Shown: piece by piece, positions 11,187 through 21,531 of the stretch
Numbering within the stretch: position 1 is the stretch's first letter
How the letters are laid out: every line of letters starts with the position of its first letter
Source: Psammoneis japonica
Taxonomy: Eukaryota
Direction: 5' to 3'
NCBI GenBank assembly: GCA_008632985.1
Contig: QPGO01000129.1
Span: forward strand, 62,001-126,000
Length of the DNA stretch: 64,000 nt
Program-made: the position numbers and the translations under genes
Notes under the pieces: model-generated
Databases searched by the model: none
What the model was told of the DNA's origin: nothing
Seen by the model: the letters and a program-made list of their open reading frames with translations, nothing else

Positions 11187-12194
11187 GACTGACAGCAAGA
11201 AAGATGCAGAATGGCCCCAAACAAGTTGTTCTCTGTGTGTTTTGAGTGTTGGTCGTCTTATTTCGGCGTGCTCTCTCCTAGCTACCTACTGTAGCGTCCT
11301 CGCAAAAACTTGCGAGAAAATCTTTTATTAGTCCTAATAGCTGTATAAGATATATTATTTGAAAAGTATCCAAAATGGAGAAATTTTATCTTCACTCAAA
11401 TTTTCAAAATCTCTCGCCGCGATGTCGTTCCAACGAACCGTTCTGTCAGTGGCTTTGATTCCCACATTTCAATGGCACTTTTGTCAGGGGATGAAGACCA
11501 AGCTACTCATGGTGGCATTGGTTGCGGTTCTTCCAGAGAGTGCTGCGCTTTGCACCATGTCAAGGGTTCTCATGTCAAGGCAAGTCACCTGACTTGGTTT
11601 TCCGTGATGTCGCCAAACAATGTCAGATTTTCTTTTTCCACGACAATGTGACATCATCCCATGACATCATTCTGCAAAGCTGCCCAGCAAGATGTTGGCA
11701 TCTGCTTGAGCTGCTTTGCATGCTGCCATGTCCACTTGAGCCACCCTGTTTGAAGTGGCATCGCTCAACATCTGGGACGCCAACAATCTGGGTCTGACCG
11801 TCTGCCATGATCTGCTGGGCATTTCTTGACTTCAATGCCAGATTTTTGTCAACTCACAAGCCAATTCTCTCCTCAAATATAATGTGAGAACTGCACAAGT
11901 TTATAAGCTTCTAAAACCTAAATCGCTTCTCACTTTTAAGTGTGGTCATTCCTTTCACACAATGCAGACCTGCGCCCCAATTGACATTTGGGGTTTCTCG
12001 TTCTTTTAACACAAATGTTGCTGCTTGCAATCCACCCTCCTTTTCCACCAACTCGTCCTACATTTTATCTCATTGCCGTGCCGTTTTCAAATCCAAATTC
12101 CCAATTGCCACACATTGTTGCATCTAAACCGCATCGCAGAATGTTTTTTTTAATTTTCACTCATCTGGATGTTGTTGTTTGTTTCAAATTAAGC

Positions 12195-13305
12195 TCACAC
12201 ACCAGTTTGGTTGGTGGCCATTGCGGTGTTTGCTGCCGCTCTGTTGCCTGCAGCCACCGCCTGCAATGGCAGGTCCTCTCCCATTGGCGCCGCCCATCCT
12301 TCCTCTCTCTCCTTTCTTTTTTCCTCTCTCTTGCGTTTCTTGTTTTCCTCCTGAGACAAGTTTGTCTTCTCTCGCCTTCTCTCCTTGAACCATGCACCGA
12401 ATCCCTGGTTGTTCTCTCTGTCTTTCACCACCCACTGACACAGATCATTGCACTTCTCGATCCCCTCCTTGCTCCATCCTTGGTTCCTCTTTGCCGATTC
12501 CCCCGCCGCCTGCGCTGTGCACTTTGCAGGAGCAGCATCTTTCACAGTTGGCTTTCTTCTCCTTGCAACATTTTCTTCCTTTTCCAATTTCTCTGCCGTG
12601 TCCTTCACCTTGTTGCAGTGGTTCAAGTGCACTGGCAGAGCAAATGCCTCTGATGAAACTGAAAGCCATTCCTGAAGCATGTCGGTTGTGCTTCTGCCAA
12701 ACTGCACTTGTCCCACCACCGTCGGCACCACAGTTTCCAAGAAACACGCGCATGTGTCCTTGTCATTTCTTCCCTTTGTCAAGTCTTCGCAAGCCACCAG
12801 CGATCCCTCTAAAGCAGCAACTGCACAGACAATGGCAAAGGAAGAGACACTCATCCCGTCAGACAATCGCCTCCAACACAATCACCGGCACGCACACATC
12901 TGCTTGCCTGTCATTCTCCCCCCAATGTTGTCCTGCACATCATTCCTCTTTTGGTTGAGTTTGGTCCTGAACACCTCTTTGTGTTCTTCCCAGAACTTCT
13001 CCGGTGAAGACACCATGCTCCTCAACTCCTGCAGAACCAATTTCATGCAATCTCCTCCCACAGCGAGTTCATGATCGAAGATTGTGAACTTGCGACATGG
13101 CCAAACACTCTCATTGATGACCTTGGTCAACATCGATGCTGTCAATTTCTCACTCACCGCCGGTGCACGATCCAACACAAGACATCCCTCTGTGGGAGTC
13201 ACCACCGAACTTGAATCGCCACCTGCATGCTGGAATCTGTTCAATTCTCCCCATGTTTGTTTCTTTGTGCATGCAACAAGGCCGCCACCGCAGGACTCAT
13301 GGTGA
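12195..13305 (-). pseudogene. Accessory ORF of the type accompanying Plavaka transposases, frameshifted
   Basis: ORFs 12882..13244 and 12195..12881 give FWEEHK...KRN, SVSSEAFALPVHLNH and KCT...GWSKEGIEKCNDL...VVKDRE. These match the S-D-EAF...GWSxEG..YNxL...DR pattern as I recall it, with Tyr->Cys/His changes. Confidence 0.5.
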
Positions 13306-13965
13306 CTTCATGTGACGCCACACAGATCAATCCAATGATTGTGTTGGTTCATCAGCAACTCTTTGTCATGTCCTTTCTCAATCTCACTTGCCACTGGAAG
13401 TTACACTTCCTCCCTCCGTCGCTCCTGTGAGAGCCGCATCCTCCATTTTTTTTACCTTCCCAATGGCTTCCTCTTTTTTGGAACTTCCGTCCTTTCCTGT
13501 CACTTTGTGAAAGGCAAGTTGCAAAAAGAACGCACTTTTGTATGTGATTTTCTCGGTTTTGTTGTTGCTCGCGTGTCCTCTCTCAATTCAAACAGGTCTT
13601 TGCATCATTTTTGAGTTCTCATTCCCAACCCCATGTTTGCATTTCTGTCAACATTTCACTGTTTTGAATTGTGTGCCTTTTTTGGCCAATCCAGTGCACC
13701 AATGAAGATTGCCATGTCATTTGAATCAATGCCAAACAACATGTTGTATCTCCTTGTGTTGATGCATGCATTGCGCTTCCTTGTTGATGCAACATCTGCT
13801 TCCTTTGGCACATTGAGTCATGTCAAACCTCCCATTTGTTGTCCCTGTCTTAATGGGTCATTCCCTCTACTTCCCTGACACCACATTTGTCCAGTTGCTC
13901 TCTCTGTTGCCCAAATTTTCCAGTCCACTTTAATGTCCACTGAAGTGTGTTGTTGTCACTGAGAC

Positions 13966-14660
13966 ATGGTTGTCGTGAGTCGTTCCCATCATGGGAATGC
14001 GTGTTCCCTCTGCTGCAATCACATGCCGCCAATTGATGATCAAATTGGTCATTTTGCTGGTGGTGGTGTGGAATCACACGGTGGTGCGGCAAGCTTTGCC
14101 TTCTCTGCCGAGGTTGTTTGTAACCCCGCTCTCTTTGCGGCACAAATTCGAAGCCGTTTTAATTTCCTCAACGTTGGCGGTGGTGTTGGCGGTTTTGCAA
14201 TTGCCTGTCGTCTGCTTGTTCCTGCCTGCAATGCCTGCAGCATCGAGTTCCACCACCATCCCCGTCATGATCTTGGCTCTCAGTGGTGCAATGCCATGTG
14301 GCACAACAATGCCAGTCGCTTCCCTGCCCTGATCAATCAGGACTTCCTCTCCGAAGACGATGCTGTTCGTCGGTTGCACCGTCTGAACAACTTAAAGATT
14401 TTTTCAATGACTGCAATGGGCAAATGCTTTTTGACAACAACGCGGCACAGAACCAACTCGAGGAGATGCTGTCCAACGAGTGTCCTGAAGGTGCTGTTGT
14501 CATTTCACTGGACGTGATGTTTTGTGTTCACACGCACAAATGGAGGCATGAAGCATTCTTTGTTCCTGCCTGTCCAGACAATCTGTCGTGGGGAGGCGGT
14601 GTCGACAGGCACCTGCTTCACAAGTGCACCAAGCATTCCACTGGGAACGACCTGGGGTCT
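13966..14660 (+). pseudogene. DOT1-like class I SAM-dependent (histone H3K79-type) methyltransferase, frameshifted
   Basis: ESHGG (YG-like), FLNVGGGVGGF (motif I), CSIEF, INQDFL. A frameshift in the T-run at ~14400 joins LKIF to FND...QLEEMLSNECPEGAVVISL...DNLSWGGG. Motif order matches DOT1. Confidence 0.55.
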
Positions 14661-14854
14661 GACATCAAATGTAAATTCAAGCCTGCCAAAAGTGGGCAAC
14701 TTTGCAATTTCACTTTGTTCACAATGCAACTGTCGTCCATGCAAGCAATGCATTGTCAATCAGCCCTTTACACAAACCTGCTTTGCACCCATGTCAACTT
14801 GCTGCTTCACCAGTTTTGCATTCCAACACATGCTTGTTCACACGCTTGCTGTGT

Positions 14855-15450
14855 TCACACGCTCACTGTGTCAAAATTGTGGACCAGACATGCCATGTTC
14901 CTTTGATCCGAATTCGTTTTGTCAGGCAAAGCTCGGTGCAACATTCTTGCATCAAAAACAAATGCAGTGCCTGCTTCTCCAACCAGCAATTGTTTTTCCA
15001 AACCCAACCTGACCAATTGTCTTTCGCGTTCCTTCTCATTCAATGTTGCCTCACAACTGTCCGGCCATGTCTCCACTGCACCATTGTGCTCCGTCGTGTC
15101 ATCGAGGAACAGAAACATGGTGAAAATTTTGTCACCAGGTGACAATTTTGTTTCCACGTAATCGCGATGAATTTCCCCCTTTGACCAGAAGTTGGATCTT
15201 GAACTTGAAGCAGGAGCATTTGCTGCTGTGTGCCGGGACATCTTTCTGCTCAAATCACCCGCCAGGGGAAAGCCAGGAATTAACTCCAACATTTTTTCTG
15301 CCAACCCAATGCCTTCCGCCTTTTCCTTTTTGTTGATGGCGAACTCACCGACAAAACGGTGTCCTTCCTTTTCTCCCTTCCCACTTGGTGCCTTGTTTGC
15401 AAGAATTGTTGTCTTGTTGAGCAGGGGTGGTGGTGTTTTGAATTTTTGCA
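14855..15450 (-). pseudogene. PhyH-like Fe(II)/2-oxoglutarate dioxygenase; 5' end uncertain
   Basis: C-terminal part of ORF 14855..15841 reads EIHRD (HxD), IFTMFLFLDDTTEHNGAVETWPDS, GEAGTAFVFDARMLHRA (distal His) and DQR. Confidence 0.75.
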
Positions 15451-17049
15451 AGCAGCCTTTTTTTCTTTCCTGGTGCTCTCTTTCTTTGGACCCCACCTTC
15501 TTGCTCTTGACGACATGAGATTTCATTTCGCCCGGGCGTGTCAGCAACTTGCCATGTTCCTGGCCTGACATTGTCGGCCAACGGGCAAATTTCTGGCATC
15601 CGTTCACAGAACACTTCCGCGCCATTCTCTGAAGTTGCCTGTTCCACCAAATCAATTGGCACCCAGTCTTTTTCTTTAAGTGGAACAGACCCAACACAGC
15701 GAAAGTCCGCACCCATTGCTTTGCAACAAAAACGGCTTTCTCTCCAAATGTGTGTTGCCAACGGCAGTCTGTCTGTTGTGGGCACCACGGGTGTTTTTTT
15801 CGCAAACAGTCCCATGTGATGTTTTGACAATGGCAGTCCATCTGTTGGGTGCATCACAGATGTTTTTTTTGCAAATGGTCGCGTGTGATGTGATCTTCGT
15901 CGATCCTGTTTGCTGAATGATCTCATCAAATTGGTCATCCCAGCTGTCTCAAAAGCATGGAAAACAATTTTGTTACTCACAATTCTGTCAGTGATGATGT
16001 GAGACATTTTCACATCACCACAGTGGCAGACACAAAGCAAAAGCTTCCGTCCACAGTACATTCCGCACCACAAACAAACTGTTGCTTTTTTGGCAATGCA
16101 CCCATCTGTCAACAGAGCAATTTGGTGTCACTTTTTTGTCATTAGAGCCATTTGTTGACAAAGTAATTCAGCACCACTTTTCTGTTGTTAAACACATTTG
16201 TTGACAGAAGAATTTGGCATCAGTTTTTTGTCAACACAGACACATGGTGATGCATGCCTTTGGCGCCACTTTTTCACTTGTGCACTTGACACTGGCCTGC
16301 ACAGCATCGTGACACAAAGTGCCTCTCCCACAGCAAACCACATTCTCCCGAATCTTGTCCAAGTCGCTGATCAACTCATGTTGAGCAGTGAACAGATGTT
16401 GTTTGGGCAACTCCATTTCTTGTCTTCCGCAGCCTTGTCATTCCCTTTGCAGAACAACAACCTCAAAATGATCCCACCCCAAAGAATCGTGCCAAATCCC
16501 TCACCTGTCAGGCCACGTCACCGAAATGGAACCAACGAATCTCTTTTCTGTCCAATGCATCGTACTTCTCTCCCAGCGACATTCCACCTGACTCAACCTG
16601 CAGTGTTGACCAACAACCCATCTGGGCGTTGTCCCCCGCCGGTGCATCTGGCCCCGTTTGGCACAGAAAACAGCCTTGACACCAAATTGAGGCTCCATCA
16701 TTCTCCCACACGTTGGGCAAATGAATGTGGTCCTGTTCATTCATCACTCAAAAAAAGTGGTTTGACAGATGACTTAATCCGCGGCATTGTGCTGATGATG
16801 TTTGACACGAAAATCTTTACGTTCAAGAGCAGTGGGAAGAGCAATGTGTGCAACCCAAACCACCTTGGTGAATTTGCAAAATGGCCGGCACACCCAAGCT
16901 GCGTTAGATTGGCTTTGAAGGAGGCCGCCCTGCCAGAGCTGGCTCAACGAAAGAAAAAAAGGCACGCAAAAAAATCATTGATGCTCGCTGCTTCCAAAAC
17001 AAAAAATGCAAAAGATCTGCAGCGGTGCAGGCAAGGGATTGCATCTTGC

Positions 17050-17466
17050 GCACTGCTTCCACTTCCCATCTGTTTCTTGCCTAAAAAATTGTTGTTGATG
17101 TTTCCTAGAATGACGCCATTGCCAAAGCTCCAACAATTGCAGCTGGTGTCGACTCCTGTGTGGAAGGTGCCAAAGACGATGACAATGACACAACATGGGC
17201 GGAGACGGATGTCATGGATGACGAACAACAAATTTGGACTGTTGCAGACAGTGAAGAACATTCGTTGGTGAGGGATTTCATCTGTCACACTGCTTCCCTT
17301 TCCTGTCGGTTCCCTGCCTGACAAAGTGCATGTTGATGTCTCCCAGAATGATGGCAATGATCAAAGTCAAGCGATTGCCACCGGTGTTGACTCCGTTGAG
17401 GTGGCTGCCCACAACAATGACAACGACTCCACATGGGCGGAGACAGATGACATGGTTGACGAACAT
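17050..17466 (+). repeat. Diverged ~238-bp tandem duplication within the cargo gene
   Basis: cactgcttcc...gttgatgt.tcc.agaatga...acatgggcggagac...gacgaaca occurs twice; the anchor acatgggcggagac is at 17193 and 17431. Confidence 0.75.
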
Positions 17467-17554
17467 CCAATTAACACCAGCAGATTGTTGGTGATTGGCA
17501 TGGAAGTTGGTGGTGATTTAAATGGAAGTGACAAAGATGCACGCGACAGCATTC

Positions 17555-17949
17555 GACGCGTTCCAGCCCTGGGTGGGAGCTCGTAGCACTGACGTGTGAC
17601 ACAAATAATTTTTGTCATCCGTCGTATGTTTTGCACGTACATTTCTACGTGTAATATTTAAAAAAATTGTCCAGACTCGCTGTTTTGCGAAGCCCCAGAC
17701 GTTTTACATAACGAATTTATAGAAACAGTAATGCGCCAGTTACATTCTTCAATGTCTGAAGAATGTAACTGGCTAAGTAAAAAACGATGTACTTCAATCA
17801 TGTGCGAGTTTGTGCGTTCGCAAAATTGCCTCATTTTCTGTCGGCGAACATTGACATTCTAATTACTGTATAATTTTACTACGGAGCTCGCACGTAGAAT
17901 TCTACGGGCCCAATGTCACACGGATTCCCACCTACGTCTGGAACGCGTC
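17555..17949. mobile_element. 395-bp MITE, copy 1
   Basis: Imperfect TIRs gacgcgttccagccctgggtggga / tcccacctacgtctggaacgcgtc. 4-bp TSD ATTC at 17551-17554 and 17950-17953. Retains TpA. Confidence 0.85.
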
Positions 17950-20900
17950 ATTCAAACTCAACGTCTGGTGGATCTTGGATGTGACGTTTGCACAATTGAC
18001 AAGAGGATGCGCTGTGCTTCCTCGCCGAAGCACATGGAGTGTGATGTTCTAAGTTTGCACAGATCAGCGGAACGGAAGAGATCATCCAAAGAGACAAAGT
18101 TCGATCACATTTGCTTTGACTGCGTGTGTTCAAACCCGGCCCATCTCTCGGCTTCAGCTCCAAAGGGACCTTTTTTCCAAGATGCACTCAGGGAGCTGCT
18201 GCGGTCGCTGACGGACAATGGGGTGTTCTTCCTGCCTGCGCACAATCTTGCGTTTTCCGAGTTTTGGATCGAATGGAAGAAACAACACATGTCAGAAGAG
18301 CACCCAATGCGTTTCTTGCATGAAGAGCAAGCACACGACGAGGTTCCCATCCTTCGAGACGAGGCACAAGTGGACATCTCTGCCTGCGGAAAGTTTTGTA
18401 CAAGGGAAGAATGCACCAAGGATTGTGAGTTAAAACACGAAGAAGTGAAACGCCTCACAGCAACAGATGAAGCTACATTGGCGCATTTTCCAGATTTCCG
18501 GGGTCCAGTCAAATGCATCGGATTAACTGGAAGAAGAAAGGACCCATGCTGTGTGCCAGTTTTCACCGGTGGCAACTGTGTGTGTTGTCCAACATGCAGT
18601 CTTAAGAGACACGAGCGTTTTCGGCGATGCCCACATTGGAATGCGGCGCAGTTTGATCTTGACTGCAAAGACGCACCTGACTCAGCATGTGGGACAAAAA
18701 ACAGCAAGAAAACCAGCGAAGAAACTCTCCTCCAGCAAATCAAACAGTGCAACGCCGATCTTCTCAGCTGTTGGAGGCAGAAGGACCAACCACATGGGGT
18801 TGGTGGCAAGAACTGGGATTTGTCCTCAATGCATCCCAAAAGCATTGGCGAAAATGCGAGCATGAAACAACCTTGCCGGAAGTCCAACAAGCTGTCTGAC
18901 ACATTCGACAACAACATTCTGTTCATTGAAAAACCAGGCAGGGCGGGAACGAGGTGTTCCCTCGTCATCCACTTCAAGCTGCGTGTGACAGCACATGGTG
19001 TGATGGGTCCGAATGCTTCAAAGCAAATGTGTCGGCACCTGCAAAGCGAGGTGGAGATTTTACATTCGGATGCCAACCACCCGCACAGGGCAAGCGATCC
19101 AACTCGTCCATTCGTTTTGAACCCAGACACAATGGAGGGAATCACCAACGGTGACGTCTTCAGGTCGTGCAAGTTTGACAAAAGAATTCTTGGATTGGGT
19201 TTGTCAATGCAGCTCAGGAACATTGTTGAACAGGGGCTGAGCAGTGGGTTGGCAAGAGAGTTTTTACTTGCAGCAAAGTTTGACCATTCATTTCAAGGGA
19301 CTTTGGTGTGAATGGAGTGATTGCTCAAGGTTGGAGCCGCCATGGAGGGTCAGGTGTTGCAAGGCCTGGAACGACAGAAAAGGAAAAGGACCTCTCTCCA
19401 AGATGCAGACAGTGGATTTTGCAACTGACCGTGATTTTGGTTCACATCATGTGCCAAAAAGCTTTGCAGGGAACACCAAGGTCTTCCCAAGGAGTGATGT
19501 CGGAGGAAAGACAAAGGTTGTCTGAGAAATGCCAAGTCTGGTTGGGTTGCCCAGAACGATTGCGAGATGTGTCAAAGCTCAATGAGGCAGGATCTCACAT
19601 TGCCGGTTTTGCTTTCACACACTTCGATGGGAAAAATGAGTGGGAATTCCTCTTGGATGACATTGGCAACGGTGTTGTCTTCATTGATGATTGGTGGGAT
19701 TACAACATTTGCGAAGATTTGGTGGACAAGCTGAAAAGGCACTCGGTCCCCATCACCAACACCACGTTTGGCCATCTGTCGTACAACAGAGAGATTGTCG
19801 GACTTCAGCTGCAAAAGCTGCTGTTCAAGACGGATTGTGAACATGCAAATGCCCCATTCGAACAACTGGAATCCCCGACAGATGGCTTCAACCTTTCGAC
19901 CATGGCGAACAAAGATGACATTCAGCATGCAACCCAGCATGTCAGGGATCACCTGCAGCGATTTGACAGTGGCAACCACAAAGGCATGTTGGGATTGCTT
20001 GTTGACAAAGGCAAAGACAGAGACCTCCTCCTGGGATTGATCGCCCACAGTTGGTTCAATTTCACATTCCACCATGAGGGGTGCATTGCTTTTCACCACG
20101 GAGACGAATTCGCGGCATTTGTGGGCATGGAATTCAATGGTGCACCTCTTGTTGCTCTTGTGGCTTTGAAAGAATCTGTGAAACCCGAAAACCAAGAATC
20201 AATGAAAACCTTGTTGCAGAAAAATGAGATGGGATTGTTGTGCCACCGATTGGTGTCCATGACGAAGCAATTGAAGAACAACGGCGACATGAACGGAATT
20301 GTGTGTTCGACGTTACAGAGATTTCAACGCATGGATCCTTCCTTGACCAAAATTAAGGAGATGCGAATCCACTGTGTGTTCATTTCCAGTCAATTTGATG
20401 TTCTGCAGGCAAAGACACCAATGGAAGTCACGAATCTGCCAGGGAACTTTTGTTTTGTCGCGAAGCCAGGAAGAACAAACTGCCAGAGCATTGGCTGCCT
20501 GGCACAAGGTTGGCTGATGTGCGTGGGGCTCTGACGATCCAATCGGCTTCCGTCATGGGACAAATCCCCCCTCAAAATGCAGCAGTGGAGCACAAATCCA
20601 AGGGTGATTCTGGATTTTGTCTGTTTGTTAACATGTGTGTTGTCGGGAAAGAAGCACACGAGAGAGGTGAACGGATCTCCTCGTTGAGGGCAAGGGAAGT
20701 TGTTCAAGATGCAATTGAAGTTGCAAGAAAAAATGGTGGGAGACCAACTTGGGCCAAATGTGACCAACTGGGCTGCAGGGAATGTCGATCGATGAACAAC
20801 AAGTTGCGCAAGGATCCACACCACCTCGTGTCAAGCGATCAGGGTGTGTCACCCATTCGCTCTGTGGAACATTCGACCAAGTCGACAAGCGGTTTGTGGC

Positions 20901-21102
20901 CTGACGAATCGGAGCACAGGGTTGAGCATTTCATTTGTGATCAATGGTGTGATTTGTCAACTCATGTCGATGTTTGCTCTTTTGTCAAGTCAAAGCATGA
21001 CTTGACAAAGCAGAAGGGTTTGTTACAATTCCGAGAATCAAAACTGAGCGGGACCAACCAGTGCTTTTAGACATGTCAGCATGCCATTGGTCTTCAATGT
21101 AC

Positions 21103-21499
21103 GACGGGTTCCAGTCCTAGGTGGGACTCCGTGTTACATTGGGCCCGTAGAATTCTACGTGCGAGCTCCGTAGTAAAATTATACTGCAATGAAAACATGC
21201 ATGATCGCCAACAGAAAAAGAGGCAATTTTACGAACGTATCTCCTCCTTCATGCTTGGAGTACATCATTGACAGTTTGCCCGGGTATATTCTTCAGACAT
21301 TAAAGAACATACCCAGCGTATTTTCATTCTCATAAATGTTGAAAATAGAAAGCCTTTGGCTTCGCAAAACAGGGAGTATGAAACAATTTCGTAGAATGTC
21401 ACACGTAGAAATGTACGTGCGCGACATGCGACGCGATCCAAAAAACTGTTGATGTCACAGTTCAGCAGTACGAGGTCCCACCTAGAGCTGGAACGCGTC
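21103..21499. mobile_element. 397-bp MITE, copy 2, same family in opposite orientation
   Basis: TIRs gacgggttccagtcctaggtggga / tcccacctagagctggaacgcgtc. 4-bp TSD GTAC at 21099-21102 and 21500-21503. Shares tataattttactacggagctcgcacgtagaattctacgggccc (inverted) with copy 1. Confidence 0.85.
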
Positions 21500-21531
21500 G
21501 TACTCACTGATAGAAGCAGCAACATTACACT

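Larger units (their letters stand above)
16469..21070 (+). pseudogene. Large multidomain cargo gene with a TET/JBP-like dioxygenase motif and a helical C-terminal domain; interrupted by a MITE and frameshifts
   Basis: Co-oriented ORFs at 16198, 17326, 17968, 19308 and 20450. Removing the MITE restores the frame from 17326 to 19311. HFDGKN (HxDxxN) at 19620-19637 and LSYNRE at ~19775-19792. Start approximate. Confidence 0.45.

Noticed and set aside
15500..15930. Possible SET domain (MGLFAKK) upstream of the PhyH-like region
   Set aside because: Only the first short motif is visible; no NHS/ELxxxY equivalent could be found.
20470..20500. LPGIG helix-hairpin-helix motif
   Set aside because: It requires assuming compensating frameshifts and cannot be supported without other copies.
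17555..21499. A single 3.9-kb element with ~400-bp TIRs
   Set aside because: Each arm has its own TIRs and its own TSD, and the left arm interrupts a continuous reading frame, so they are two separate MITEs.
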